Source: an uncultured delta proteobacterium
GTDB lineage: Bacteria > Myxococcota_A > UBA9160 > SZUA-336
Reading direction: 5' to 3'
DNA length: 64,000 nucleotides
Assembly: GCA_963704165.1 (NCBI GenBank)
Contig: CAVPHD010000001.1
Span: 160,001-224,000 of the forward strand
Below, piece after piece: positions 10,652-21,643 of the stretch (positions are counted from its first letter, which is position 1; each line of letters begins with the position of its first letter). The notes beneath the pieces were generated by a model. That model searched no databases and was not told the origin of the DNA. It was given only the letters and a program-made list of their open reading frames with translations. Both the position numbers and the translations under genes were made by a program.

Positions 10652-11558
10652 GCGTCCTTCCTCTGGAAGCGGCCGGGCTCGACCTCGCGCACGCGTCCCG
10701 CGCGCAAGAGCCGCGAGACGTGCTGCGACATGCTCCGGCGCTCGACGGCCTCGGCGAACGGAATCGGGTCCTGCGGCCGGTACACGAAGCGGTGCTCGGC
10801 GATCTCGGCGAGCGATTCGCGGCTCGGCCAGGAAATCCGAAAGCCGGCGCTCGCGGTCCGCGATCACGGCCGTAAACCGCTCGAGCCGCTCCAGGTAGGC
10901 CTCGCGGCCCTCGATCACGCCGATGTGGTGGAAGGTCGCGTACCAGCGCGCGTCGAGCTTGCGCACCGCCTCGAGACGTGCGCTCGAAGTCCTCGAGGTC
11001 GGACCAGGCGTCGCCGTAGTACGGCCCGAAGCTCGACAGGTCGATGTCGGCCAGGTAGACGAGGTCGTCGGGCTCGACGTGAAACACGCAGTGTCCGCGC
11101 GTGTGCCCGGGCGCGTGGATCACGCGCACGCGCGCGCCGCCCAGGTCGAAGACGTCGCCGTCGCGAAAGCCCAGCGAGTCCGGGCGCGGCGTGTAGTGGA
11201 ACTGCGAGACGACGGTCTTCTTCCAGGCCGAGTAGATCGGCTCGGGGTAGCCGTACAGCTCCATCAGCCCGTCGAGCGAGCGGATGCCGTGCAGGTCCGC
11301 CGTGTGGAAGTGCCACGGCGCGTCTCCGATACAGATAGCTCCCCGCGAGGTGGTCCTCGTGGCAGTGGCTGTGGAGCACGCGATCGGCACGCGGCGCGTT
11401 CGGCCCGCGCGCGACCAGGCCGAGCGACGGGTCGATCACGACCGTCTCGTTCGCGCCGCGCACGACGAGCGAATTTCCCGTGCGGGTACTTGCCGTGCTT
11501 CGCGCCGTACAGAACCGTGACGGCGCCGAAGCTCTGCTCCTCGAAGCTCTTCACTCAT
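10648..11558 (-). CDS. MBL-fold metallo-hydrolase (about 4 frameshifts)
   Basis: GKYPHG, VIDP, HSHCHEDH (HxHxDH), APGHTRGH, LADIDL and FHH segments lie in successive frames. Confidence 0.75.
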
Positions 11559-11646
11559 GCGCGAAGTCTATCAGCCGGCCGTCGCGGGGATGTGCCATGC
11601 TCGACGCGTGAAGGCCTCGTCATCGAGGGCGTGGAGGCAGCGGATC

Positions 11647-13280
11647 ATGGAGATGCAGTTCGCGACCGTCTGGGAGTCGATCGCCGACCGGATTCCCGAC
11701 GCCGACCGCGGTCGTGCAGGGCAAGATCACGGCGAAGCTGGCGGGAGCTCGACGATCGCGCCGCGCGGTTCGCGTCGTTTCTCGCCGCGCAGGGCGTGGG
11801 TCACGACGGAAAGGTCGCGCTCTATCTGTACAACGGCCCGGAGTACGTCGAGACCTGCTTCGCCGCGTTCAAGCGCGGAGCGATCCCGATCAACACGAAC
11901 TACCGCTACCTCGAGGACGAGCTCGTCTACCTGCTCGAGAATTCCGACGCCGAGGTTCTCGTGTTCGCGGGCGCGCTCGGCGAGCGCGTCGCCAAGGTCC
12001 GCGATCGAATTCCGCGCGTGCGCGCGCTGGTTCAGGTCGACGACGGCGCAGGCGCTCGTGCCCGGCGCGGTCTTCTTCGACGACGTGATCGCCGGTCACC
12101 CCGCCGAGCCCCGCGTCGCGCGCGCCGACGGTGGGCTCTACATGCTCTACACGGGCGGCACGACGGGAATGCCCAAGGGCGTGATGTACGACGCGAACGC
12201 GTTCTGCGCGGGCATGCTGCTCGGCCACGGCGTACGCGGCCTGCCGGTCCCGACGACGGCCGACGCGATTGCACCCGCGGTCGAGGCGCTTCACGCCGCG
12301 GGCGGCACGCCGCGCACGATCGTCTGCTGTCCACTGATGCACGGCACGGGACTGTGGATCGGCGCGATGGTCACGCTGCACCTCGGCGGCACGGTCATCC
12401 TGCTCGAGGGCACGCACTTCGACTCGGACGATCTGTTCCGCACCGTCGAGCGCGAGCGCGCGACCGACCTCGTCATCGTCGGCGACGCGTTCGCGAAGCC
12501 GATGCTGCGCGCGATCGAGGAGGCCGAGGCGCGCGGCAAGCCGTGGGACCTCGACATCGCTCGCGGCTGATCGCGTCGTCCGGGGTGATGTTCACGTCCG
12601 AGGTCAAGCAGGCGCTGCTCCGCCGCCACGACATGATGCTCTTCGACATCATGGGTTCGACCGAAGGCGGAATGGGGTCGAACATCACCACGCGCGCGAA
12701 CGCGACCGAGACGGCGAAGTTCAATCTGAACCCGAACGTGAAGGTCTTCACCGACGACGGACGCGAGGTGAAGCCGGGCTCGGGAGAGATCGGCATGATC
12801 GCCACCACCGGCAACGTGCCGATCGGCTACTACAAGGATCCGGAGAAGTCGGAGCGGACGTTCCGCACCGTGAACGGCGTTCGGTACTCGTTCCCCGGCG
12901 ACTACGCGAGCGTGTCCGCCGACGGCTCGATCGCGCTGCTCGGACGCGGCTCGGCCTGCATCAACTCGGGCGGCGAGAAGATCTTCCCCGAGGAGGTCGA
13001 AGAGGTCGTGAAGCTACACCCAGCGGTGTACGACTGCCTGGTCGTCGGCGTGCCGGACGAGCGTTTCGGCGAGGCCGTGACGGCGGTCGCGAGCCTGCGT
13101 CCGGGAGCGAAGGCGAGCGAAGCCGAGGTGATCGCGAGCTCGCGCGGCAAGCTCTCGGCCTACAAGCTTCCCAAGCGCGTGTTGTTCGTGGACGTCGTGC
13201 AGCGCGCGGCCAACGGCAAGGCCGACTACAAGTGGGCCAAGGAACACGCGCTCGCGACGCTGGGAGTCGCGTCCCGCTAG
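11647..13280 (+). CDS. Acyl-CoA synthetase / AMP-binding enzyme (about 4 frameshifts)
   Basis: GGAGG RBS. NTNYRY, AMP motif LYTGGTTGMPKGV, PLMHG, GSTEG, GYYKDPEK, GRGSACINSGGEKIFPEEVE, GVPDERFGE, YKLPK, NGKADY. Confidence 0.88.
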
Positions 13281-14674
13281 GAACCGGAGGTCTGCCGCCG
13301 CGGATCGAGCAGCCGCTCGAGCTCGTCGCCGGGCAGAATCGCGCGCTCGAGGCAGATCTCGCGGACGCGACGCCCGGTGCGGGCGGCCTCCTTCGCGATC
13401 TCGGCCGCCGCGTCGTAGCCGATCGCCGGCACGAGCGCGGTCACCATCGCCAGGCTCTCCTCGACCAGCGCCTCCGCGCGCTCCGCACGCGCGGAGATCC
13501 CCGCGAGGCACTTCTCGTCGAAGACCCTCGACGCAGCCGAGAGCAGCGCGATCGACGCGAGCAGATTCCGCGCGATCACGGGCACGAAGGCGTTGAGCTC
13601 GAGCTGTCCCTGTAGGCCGGCGACGGCAATCGCCGCGTCGTTGCCGATCACCTGCGCCGCGACCTGCAACACGACCTCGCAGATCACCGGATTCACCTTC
13701 CCCGGCATCATCGACGAGCCGGGCTGGATCGCGGGAAGCTCGAGCTCGCCGATTCCGCCGCGGGGCCCCGACGCGAGCAGCCGCACATCGGCGGCGATCT
13801 TCGCGAGCGACACCGCGAGCGTGCGCAGCGCGCCGCTCACCTCGACCGCGGCATCGCGGGCACCCTGCGCCTCGAAGTGATCGGCCGCCTCGCGAAACTC
13901 GAGGCCGCTCTCGCGAGAGATCGTCTCGATCGCCAGCCGCGCGAACGTCGGCGCCGCGTTCAATCCGGTGCCGACGGCGGTACCGCCGAGCGCGAGCTCG
14001 GCGAGCGACTCGCTCGCGCGCGAGATCCGCTCGCGCCCGAGCTCGACCTGGCGCGCGAAGCCCGCGAACTCCTGGCCGAGCCGCACCGGCGTCGCGTCCA
14101 TCAGGTGCGTGCGCCCGAGCTTCACCACGTCGTCGAACTCGCCCGCCTTCGAAGCGATGCATCGGTGCAGTGCGTCGAGCGCGGGGGCGAGGTCGTCGCG
14201 CAGCGCGAGCCGGGCCGCGACGTGAAGCGCGCTCGGGATCACGTCGTTCGAGGACTGGCTCGCGTTGACGTGGTCGTTGGGGTGTACGCGCCGCGTATCG
14301 CCGCACGCCGCCAGAATTCGCGTCGCACGGGCCGCGATCACCTCGTTCGCGTTCATGTTCGTCGATGTGCCCGAGCCGGTCTGGAAGACATCGACCGGGA
14401 ACTCCGCGTCCCACGTCCCGGCCTCGACTTCGAGCGCGGCCTCGGCGATCGCGCGCGCGAGCGCCGGTTCGAGCGCGCCGAGCCGGGCGTTCGCTCCGGC
14501 GGCCGCCCGTTTCACGAGTCCGAGCGCGCGGAGGAAGACGCGCGGAAATCGCTCGCCGCTGATCGGGAAGTTCTCGATCGCGCGCTGCGTCGATGCTCCC
14601 CAGAGAGCTCCCGCGGGTACGCGCACCTCCCCGAGTGAGTCGCGCTCGATCCGGGTCTCGCCCGACTTCGCCAT
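13277..14674 (-). CDS. fumC: Class II fumarate hydratase
   Basis: RIERDSLG, QTGSGTSTNMNANEV, HPNDHVNASQSSND, GRTHLMDATP, GGTAVGTG, signature GSSMMPGKVNP. Confidence 0.95.
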   Translation of the reverse strand: MAKSGETRIERDSLGEVRVPAGALWGASTQRAIENFPISGERFPRVFLRALGLVKRAAAGANARLGALEPALARAIAEAALEVEAGTWDAEFPVDVFQTGSGTSTNMNANEVIAARATRILAACGDTRRVHPNDHVNASQSSNDVIPSALHVAARLALRDDLAPALDALHRCIASKAGEFDDVVKLGRTHLMDATPVRLGQEFAGFARQVELGRERISRASESLAELALGGTAVGTGLNAAPTFARLAIETISRESGLEFREAADHFEAQGARDAAVEVSGALRTLAVSLAKIAADVRLLASGPRGGIGELELPAIQPGSSMMPGKVNPVICEVVLQVAAQVIGNDAAIAVAGLQGQLELNAFVPVIARNLLASIALLSAASRVFDEKCLAGISARAERAEALVEESLAMVTALVPAIGYDAAAEIAKEAARTGRRVREICLERAILPGDELERLLDPRRQTSGS

Positions 14675-14712
14675 CTTCCGAACCTCCGCACGCCGTACTA
14701 TAGACCCCGCCC

Positions 14713-16089
14713 ATGACGGACCCACGCCTGCCGCTCGCGGAACTGCACCTTCATCTGTACGGAACGATCCGCGCGGACGACTACCTCTCGCGGCTCGGCG
14801 CGCGAGAGATCGACTGGGGTTTCTACGAGGGCATGTTCGAGCGCGCCTACGGCGAGCGTCCACCGCTGCGCGGGATTCTCGAACGGCATCGCGCGGGCGA
14901 TCCCGAGGCGGCCGAAGCGTTCCGGCGGCTCTTCGTCTTCGGCGACGCCGATGCGGGCAACTTCGATCGCTTCCAGGCCAAGTTCAACCTGCTGATCAAC
15001 GGCAGCGAGATGATGAACGCAGCCGCGGGTCGACACGCCGATCCGATTCCCCCGCTCGCCGAGGAGCTCGACTTCTTCGTCACGCGCCAGCTCGCGGACC
15101 AGCGTCGGCAGGGGATCGGCTACGCGGAGCAGCGGATGCTCTTCGGCCCGCCGTTCACGCCCGAAGTGACGCGACGGCTCTCGATCGGAATTCTCGAGCG
15201 CTACGCGCAGGCGACGCGCGCGGGGCTCGTCGCACGGCTCGCCTTCAGCCTGCCGCGGCGAGATCCGTTTCCCGACTTCGAGCTGGTGCGGGAGCTCGCG
15301 CTCGGACCGTACGGCGAATCGGTGACGGGCGTCGATTTCTGCTACGTCGAGGAGGGGTTTCCGCCGAAGGGGAAGGCGGAGTTCTTCGCGGCCGTGCACG
15401 ATTTCAATTCGCGCCACCCCGAGCGCGCGCTCGCGATCCTCTACCACGTCGGCGAGAGCTTCGCCGACAAGTCCCTCGAGAGCGCAGTGCGCTGGGTGCA
15501 GGAGGCGGCCGAGCTCGGAGCGCACCGCCTCGGCCACGCGATCGCGCTCGGCGTCGATCCGTCGGTCTACGGCGCGCACGAGCGCGTCGAATCCGTGGAG
15601 GAGCGCCTCGACCAGATCGGCTACGACCTCGGGCACGCCGAGGGCCTGCGCGCGCGGGGCGTCCGCATCGACGCCAGTGCGCTCGGGCGCGAGCGCGATG
15701 TGCTGCGGGGGCGCAAGCCGGAAGAGCTCGTCACGCATCGCTACGACGACGCTCGGCTCGCGGAGGTGCGCGCGCGGCAGGAGTTCGCGATGGGGCGCGT
15801 GCGTGCGGCCGGCGCGGTGGTCGAGGTCTGCCCGACCTCGAATCTGCGGATCGGCGGCATCTCCGATCCGCTACACCATCCTGTGCACCGCTTTCTCGAG
15901 CACGGCGTGCCGTTCGTGGTCGCGAGCGACGACCCGGGCATCTTCGACACGACGGTGCGCGACGAGCTCGACTGGGTCGCGCGCGAGGCGGGCCTGGCAC
16001 CGGGTGCGGTGGAGAGCCTGGTCGAGCGCGCCTGGAACTCGCGCAGCGAGGTGCTCTCCGGACGCGAGGCGAAGAAGCGGCTCGTGTAG
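14713..16089 (+). CDS. Adenosine/AMP deaminase-like metallo-amidohydrolase
   Basis: ELHLHLYG (HxH), YHVGE, RLGHA, EVCPTSN, ASDDPGIF. Confidence 0.82.
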   Translation: MTDPRLPLAELHLHLYGTIRADDYLSRLGAREIDWGFYEGMFERAYGERPPLRGILERHRAGDPEAAEAFRRLFVFGDADAGNFDRFQAKFNLLINGSEMMNAAAGRHADPIPPLAEELDFFVTRQLADQRRQGIGYAEQRMLFGPPFTPEVTRRLSIGILERYAQATRAGLVARLAFSLPRRDPFPDFELVRELALGPYGESVTGVDFCYVEEGFPPKGKAEFFAAVHDFNSRHPERALAILYHVGESFADKSLESAVRWVQEAAELGAHRLGHAIALGVDPSVYGAHERVESVEERLDQIGYDLGHAEGLRARGVRIDASALGRERDVLRGRKPEELVTHRYDDARLAEVRARQEFAMGRVRAAGAVVEVCPTSNLRIGGISDPLHHPVHRFLEHGVPFVVASDDPGIFDTTVRDELDWVAREAGLAPGAVESLVERAWNSRSEVLSGREAKKRLV

Positions 16090-16099
16090 ACTGGCCCGC

Positions 16100-17179
16100 A
16101 TGACCACCCCCGCGAAAGCAGATCCCGAGAAGCTCAAGGGCTACCTGAAAACCGTCTTCGGCTCGCTCGGGGGCGCGATGACGTCCGCGCTGATCTGCCT
16201 CGGCGATCGCCTCGGTCTCTACGGGGCGCTCGCCGATCTAGGCGCGGCGACGAGTGAAGAGCTCGCGCGCAAGACGGGGCTCCACGAGCGCTGGGTGCGC
16301 GAGTGGATGTACCAGCAGGGCGCGGCGGGGATCCTCGACTTCGTCGGCGAGGGTCGCTTCGCGCTCTCGCCGGAGGGCGTGGCCGTGCTCGTCGACGAGA
16401 ATCACCCGGCGTTCGGTGTCGGGTTCTTCACGCATCTGCCGCAGACGATGGCCGTGGTCGAGAAGCTGCCCGAGGCGTTCCGCACCGGCGTCGGCCTTCC
16501 GTACGACGCGTTCGGCCCGGAGGGCGCCCAGGGAATCGAGCGCTCGTTCGCACCGTGGTTCCGCACGCTGCTCGTGCCATTCGCGCTGCCGAAGTTGCCG
16601 GAAGTCGTCGACCGGCTGCGCGCAGGCGGACTAGCGGCGGACGTCGGCTGCGGCGCGGGCATCGCGCTCGTCGAGCTCGCGAAGGCATTCCCGAAGTCGG
16701 AATTCCACGGCTACGAGATCTCGGAGTTCGCGCTTCGGCGCGCGGAAGAGAACAAGGCCGCCTCCGGGCTCGTGAACGCGCACTTCCACGACGCGCGCAT
16801 CGATTCGCTGCCCGAGGACGCGAGCCTCGACTTCGTCACCACCTTCGACTGCCTGCACGACATGTCGCACCCGCAGCAGGTCATGCGCGCGATTCGCCGG
16901 GCGATCCGACCCGACGGCGTCTGGCTGATCTGCGACATCAAGGCGCGCGACAGCTACGAGGAGAACGTGAAGAAGAACCCGATGGCGCCGATGATGTACG
17001 GCGCGTCCGTGCTCACGTGCATGTCGTCGGCGATGTCGGAGCCGCACGGCGCAGGGCTCGGCACGCTCGGCTTCTCGGAGAACGTGGCGCGGAAGATGTG
17101 CACCGAGGCCGGCTTCACGCGCTTCGAGCCGATCGACTTCGGCCACCCGATCAACGCCTTCTACGTCGCGCGGCCGTGA
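16100..17179 (+). CDS. SAM-dependent methyltransferase with N-terminal wHTH (Rv2258c-like)
   Basis: GDRLGLY, GLHERWVREW, DVGCGAG, FDCLHDM, GLGTLG, NAFYVARP. Confidence 0.88.
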   Translation: MTTPAKADPEKLKGYLKTVFGSLGGAMTSALICLGDRLGLYGALADLGAATSEELARKTGLHERWVREWMYQQGAAGILDFVGEGRFALSPEGVAVLVDENHPAFGVGFFTHLPQTMAVVEKLPEAFRTGVGLPYDAFGPEGAQGIERSFAPWFRTLLVPFALPKLPEVVDRLRAGGLAADVGCGAGIALVELAKAFPKSEFHGYEISEFALRRAEENKAASGLVNAHFHDARIDSLPEDASLDFVTTFDCLHDMSHPQQVMRAIRRAIRPDGVWLICDIKARDSYEENVKKNPMAPMMYGASVLTCMSSAMSEPHGAGLGTLGFSENVARKMCTEAGFTRFEPIDFGHPINAFYVARP

Positions 17180-17877
17180 ACCGCCTGCTCGACGTCGCGA
17201 GCTCCCTCGGGGTCACGCTCGGCCGCTTCGGCCACGGCATGCAGATCGGTCGGCTCGGCGCGCGCCCCGAGGCCACGCTTCAGCTCTTCGAGTTCGAAGG
17301 CTGCCCGTACTGCCGCAAGGTGCGCGAGGCGCTCTCCGTGCTCGACCTCGACGTCGACGTCTTCCCGTGCCCGAAGGGCGGGTCGCGCTTTCGCGAAGAG
17401 CTGAAGCGCCGCGGCGGGAGGGCGCAGTTCCCGTTCCTCGTCGATCCGAACACGAGCGTCGAGATGTACGAGTCCGACGCGATCGTGCAGTACCTCTTCG
17501 AGCGCTACGGCGACGGAAACGTGCCCTGGCCGCTCGCGCTCGGCGGGCTCACGGACCTGTCCGCGCAGCTCTCGGGCCTCTGGCGTCCGGGCTTCGGGAC
17601 CTTCCTGCAGCGCGGGCGCCCGCCCGAGAAGCCGCTCGAGCTCTATAGCTTCGAGGCCTCGCCCTTCTGCCGGATCGTGCGCGAGAAACTCTGCACGCTC
17701 GAAATCCCCTACCGATTGCACAACGTCGCGAAGGGAAGTCCCGGTCGAGAAGCCTTCGTCGCCCGGTCGGGGAAGATGATGGTGCCCTGGCTGGTCGATC
17801 CGAACAGCGGCGAGTCGCTTTTCGAGTCGGCCGAGATCGTGCGTTACCTGGACCAGCACTACGGGGAGAAGACGTGA
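17176..17877 (+). CDS. Protein with two tandem GST-N/glutaredoxin-like domains
   Basis: FEGCPYCRKVRE...QFPFLVDPN..MYESDAIV followed by FEASPFCRIVRE...VPWLVDPN..LFESAEIV. GTGA overlap with the upstream gene. Confidence 0.88.
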   Translation: MNRLLDVASSLGVTLGRFGHGMQIGRLGARPEATLQLFEFEGCPYCRKVREALSVLDLDVDVFPCPKGGSRFREELKRRGGRAQFPFLVDPNTSVEMYESDAIVQYLFERYGDGNVPWPLALGGLTDLSAQLSGLWRPGFGTFLQRGRPPEKPLELYSFEASPFCRIVREKLCTLEIPYRLHNVAKGSPGREAFVARSGKMMVPWLVDPNSGESLFESAEIVRYLDQHYGEKT

Positions 17878-18686
17878 CACTTCCGGAGTTCGAGACGATC
17901 GTACTTGGAGTCGAGGGGCCGCTCGGGCGAATCACGCTGAATCGACCCGAACGTCTCAACGCCGTAGGCGCGACGATGATGCGCGACCTGATCGCGGCCG
18001 CGCGCTTCTTCGACGGCCTGATGGACGTGCGCGTCGTGATCGTTTCGGGTGCGGGCCGCGCGTTCTGCGCGGGCGCGGATCTGCAGGACTCGCCGATGAG
18101 CGGCGCATCTTCGCGCTCGGGCAAGTCGTGGGCCGAGCGGCGCGAGATCGGCCAGCTCGGCCTGCGCATGGCGGACGCGCTCGAGGGAATGCGCGCGGTC
18201 ACGATCGCTCGGGTGCACGGCTACGCCGTCGGCGGTGGGGTCGTGCTCGCCGCCGTCTGCGACCTGCGCGTCGCCGCCGACGACACGGTGTTCTCGATTC
18301 CCGAGGTCGAGCTCGGCATTCCCCTCGCCTGGGGTGGCATACCGCGGCTCGTCCGCGAGATCGGCCCCGCTCTGACCAAAGAGCTCGTGATGACGTGTCG
18401 CCGCTTCACGCCCGCCGAGGCGCAGGCCGCGGGTTTTCTGAATCGCGTCGTTCCGCTCGATCAGCTCGAGTCCGAGGTCGAGGCGCTCGCCGCACGGCTG
18501 CTCGAGATGCCGAGCGTTCCGGTGACGATCACGAAGGAGCACGTGAACTCGGTCTCGCGCACGATGGGCGCGGGCTCGACGGCCTTCGGCGACGGCGACG
18601 CGCTCCTGAGCTCCGCCTTCGATCCCGAGTCACTCGCGGCCGCCGAGAAGTACCTCGCGCGGACGGTGAGGCGGAAGAAGAAGTAG
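17874..18686 (+). CDS. Enoyl-CoA hydratase/isomerase family protein
   Basis: ITLNRPERLNA, AFCAGADL, VHGYAVGGG, CDLRVA, PEVELG. Confidence 0.9.
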   Translation: MTLPEFETIVLGVEGPLGRITLNRPERLNAVGATMMRDLIAAARFFDGLMDVRVVIVSGAGRAFCAGADLQDSPMSGASSRSGKSWAERREIGQLGLRMADALEGMRAVTIARVHGYAVGGGVVLAAVCDLRVAADDTVFSIPEVELGIPLAWGGIPRLVREIGPALTKELVMTCRRFTPAEAQAAGFLNRVVPLDQLESEVEALAARLLEMPSVPVTITKEHVNSVSRTMGAGSTAFGDGDALLSSAFDPESLAAAEKYLARTVRRKKK

Positions 18687-18697
18687 CGCGGCCTCGA

Positions 18698-19829
18698 TCA
18701 GCCCGGATCGCGCGAGACACAGATCGCCGAGAACCCCCCGCCGGGGCTGCGCAGGTTCGTGACCTGGCCCTGGTAGACGCGCGCGCCGAGCAGGAGCACG
18801 CGATCCCGGTACGCATAGGCGCGAACGTCGAACTTCATCGTGCGCGGTCCTTCGAGCGTCTCCACCTCGACCTCGCTCGGCTCGATCCGATGCTGCGCGA
18901 GAAAACCGGGTACGGCCGCGATCTCTTCGAACTTCCGCCGCGAGATCTTGTCTCCGCGGTACACCGACTTGCTGCCGTAGGCGGCGCACGGCTTGAAGAC
19001 GAGGTTGCGCCGCTCGGACCACGCACGCTCGAGACCGAGGTCGGAGAGCAGGCGCGTCTCGGGGACGATTCCCTGCAGGAACTCGACGTCGTCGGGTGCG
19101 ACCCCGAGCTTCGAGAGCGCGGCCGCAGACGAGAAGATCCCGAGCCTCTGCTTGTTCGCGAGCAGATGGTGTTCGCGCGGGGACGGCGTGACGACGACGT
19201 CGCCCGCGAGGTACGCTTTGCGAAGGCGAGCCGTTCGGGGACTCGCGAGCGTGAAGTCGGTGTCGCGCAGGTAGACGAGATCGGGAAGCGCTTCGCCGGG
19301 CCGTGCGATGTCCTCGGTGTCGCGGATCTCCGTCGGGATTCCCGCCTGCTCGAAGAGCTTCACGAGCAGCTCGAACTCGGGGAACAGGAACTGCTCGTGC
19401 GGACGCTCGTCGGCGATCACGATCCGTCGGAGCTCGGCCTCGGGTCCACGCACCGCGCGGAATTCCGAGATGAACTGCCCCACGATCCGCGCCTGCACCG
19501 TCTCGACGGGCAAGAGGTCCTTGCAGACGCACGCAAGGCGTTCGGGATCGCAGAGCGACGCCGTGTGCAGACCGTTGAGCAGCGCGCCACCGGCGTTGGT
19601 GTTGACCTCGATCAGGCGTGGGCCGTCGGCGGCCGAGATGGAAGTCGTAGCCCATGAACACGCCCCGATTGCCGGGCTCGAAGCGGACCCCCAGCTCGGC
19701 GCCGGCGTCGACCTGGGCCTGGTACGCGGGCGAGTGCGCGATCGCGTCGAGCAGTGCGACCGTGCGCTGGATGGCGTCGAAGTGCACGGGATCGAGCGCG
19801 ATGATCGTGCGGCCGGCGTAGGGAATCAT
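18698..19829 (-). CDS. Uncharacterised ATP-grasp-like ligase (glutathionylspermidine/glutathione synthetase-like), one frameshift near 19634
   Basis: [10 protein letters not shown] then [12 protein letters not shown] (ExN), [41 protein letters not shown] overlaps the acr3 stop (ATGA). Confidence 0.65.
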
Positions 19830-20860
19830 TCCGTAGGGAAGCCCGCCCGCGTGCGGTTCGCGAACGCGACCAGCGAGAGCATGACCGGGACCTCGACGAG
19901 CACACCGACCACCGTCGCGAGCGCAGCCCCGCTCTCGAGTCCGAACAAACCGATCGCGACGGCGACCGCCAGCTCGAAGAAGTTCGAGGTGCCGATCAGC
20001 GCCGCCGGCGCCGCGATCGAGTGCGGCACGCCCCAGGCCCACGCCCAGGCGTACGCGATGGCGAAGATGCCGTAGGTCTGCACCACGAGCGGTGCGGCGA
20101 TCAGGGCGATCAGGGCGGGCTGCGCGAGGATCCGCGGCCCCTGAAACGCGAAGAGCAGTACGACCGTGCCGAGCAGACCGAGAATGGTGTAGGGCTTGAG
20201 GCGCGCCGTAAAACGGCCGACCGCGTCGCGTGCTCCACTGGCCTCGAGGTGCCGCCGCGTCCATCCGCCCGCGGCGAGCGGAATCACGACGTAGAGCCCG
20301 ACCGAGAGCAGCAACGTGGACCACGGCACCGCGACGTCGGCGATTCCGAGCAGAAACGCCACGATCGGCGCGAATGCGCCGATCATGACCAGATCGTTCA
20401 CCGACACCTGCACGAGCGTGTAGGTCGCGTCACCCTGCGTGAGCTGGCTCCAGACGAAGACCATCGCCGTACACGGCGCCGCCCCCAGGAGAATCATGCC
20501 CGCCAGGTACTGGCGGGACTCCTCGGGCGGGATGAGTCCGCGGAAGACGATGTCGAAGAAGAGCACGCCGAGAGCGAACATCGTGAAGGGCTTCACGAGC
20601 CAGTTCACGACGAGCGTGATTGCGAGCCCCTTTGGCCGCTCGCCGACACGGCTGAGCGTGGCAAAGTCCACGTTCACCATCATCGGATAGATCATCACCC
20701 AGATCAGCACCGCGACGACCAGGTTCACGCTCGCGATTTCGAGCGAGGCGACCGCGGCGAAGACGGACGGAAACGCGCTGCCGAGGCCGATGCCGGAGGC
20801 GATGCAGAGCGCGACCCAGATGCTGAGCCAACGCTCGAAGGCGCCGAGCCCCGGACTCAC
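19826..20860 (-). CDS. acr3: ACR3-family arsenite efflux transporter
   Basis: [65 protein letters not shown]. Confidence 0.95.
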   Translation of the reverse strand: MSPGLGAFERWLSIWVALCIASGIGLGSAFPSVFAAVASLEIASVNLVVAVLIWVMIYPMMVNVDFATLSRVGERPKGLAITLVVNWLVKPFTMFALGVLFFDIVFRGLIPPEESRQYLAGMILLGAAPCTAMVFVWSQLTQGDATYTLVQVSVNDLVMIGAFAPIVAFLLGIADVAVPWSTLLLSVGLYVVIPLAAGGWTRRHLEASGARDAVGRFTARLKPYTILGLLGTVVLLFAFQGPRILAQPALIALIAAPLVVQTYGIFAIAYAWAWAWGVPHSIAAPAALIGTSNFFELAVAVAIGLFGLESGAALATVVGVLVEVPVMLSLVAFANRTRAGFPTE

Positions 20861-21297
20861 GCGCGCGCCCGGACGAGCGCAGCGATGTGCCGCTCGAGCT
20901 CGTCGTGGGTACGCCGGAACGCGGCCCGCACCGTGGCTTCGGAGCCGTGGACGGCCGCCGGATCGTCGATGCTCCAATGCAGCCGGGTCGGCGCTCCCGG
21001 AAAGACCGGACAAGCCTCTCCGGCGGCGCCAGCACAGACCGTCACGACGAGATCGAGCGATGGCGCACGCGGCGCCGCGAACTCGTCCCAGCTCTTGCTG
21101 CGCAGGTTCTCGGTCTCGTATCCGAGTTCGCGAAGCAGCGCGAGCGTCTGCGGATGCGGTGCGGACTTCGGCCGGCTGCCCGCACTACAGGCGGCGAACC
21201 TCCCGTTTCCGAGGCGTTCGAGCAGGCATTCCGCGATCAGGCTCCGCGCGGAGTTCCCCGTACACAGGAAAAGGACACGCTTGGGTGGCTCAGCCAC
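20857..21297 (-). CDS. arsC: Arsenate reductase, thioredoxin-dependent LMW-PTP type
   Basis: P-loop [33 protein letters not shown]. Lies between arsR and acr3. Confidence 0.92.
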   Translation of the reverse strand: MAEPPKRVLFLCTGNSARSLIAECLLERLGNGRFAACSAGSRPKSAPHPQTLALLRELGYETENLRSKSWDEFAAPRAPSLDLVVTVCAGAAGEACPVFPGAPTRLHWSIDDPAAVHGSEATVRAAFRRTHDELERHIAALVRARA

Positions 21298-21643
21298 GCG
21301 TCGTTCTCGATCGCGACGGGATTCTCGCCGACCGCCGCGTGCCGGGAGCGCAGACGCGCGCGCGGCTGCAGCAGTTCTCGGTCAGGTACGCGATCAGCTC
21401 CTCGATCGCGGAGAACTCCGCGGAGTAGATCAGCGAGCGTCCGTCGCGACGGCGGCCGACCAGACCCGCGCGCGAGAGCTGCGCGAGGTGAAACGAGAGG
21501 GTCGCTCCGGGCAGGTCGAGCAGCGTCGAGATCCGGCCCGCGGGAAGTCCGTCCGGACCGTGCTGCACGAGCGTGCGGAAGATCCGCAAGCGTGTTTCCT
21601 GCGCCAGGGCCGCGAGCGCGCCGACGGCTCTCAATAATTCCAT
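21290..21643 (-). CDS. arsR: ArsR/SmtB-family repressor with C-terminal CC-x5-C arsenite site
   Basis: ALAQETRLRIFR, TLSFHLAQL..AGLV, GRSLIY, YLTENCCSRARVC. Confidence 0.92.
   Translation of the reverse strand: MELLRAVGALAALAQETRLRIFRTLVQHGPDGLPAGRISTLLDLPGATLSFHLAQLSRAGLVGRRRDGRSLIYSAEFSAIEELIAYLTENCCSRARVCAPGTRRSARIPSRSRTTRG

Noticed and set aside
9962..10966. Apparent MBL hydrolase-crotonase fusion ORF
   Set aside because: Produced by frameshifts. A GTGA stop/start junction at 10648-10651 separates the two genes.
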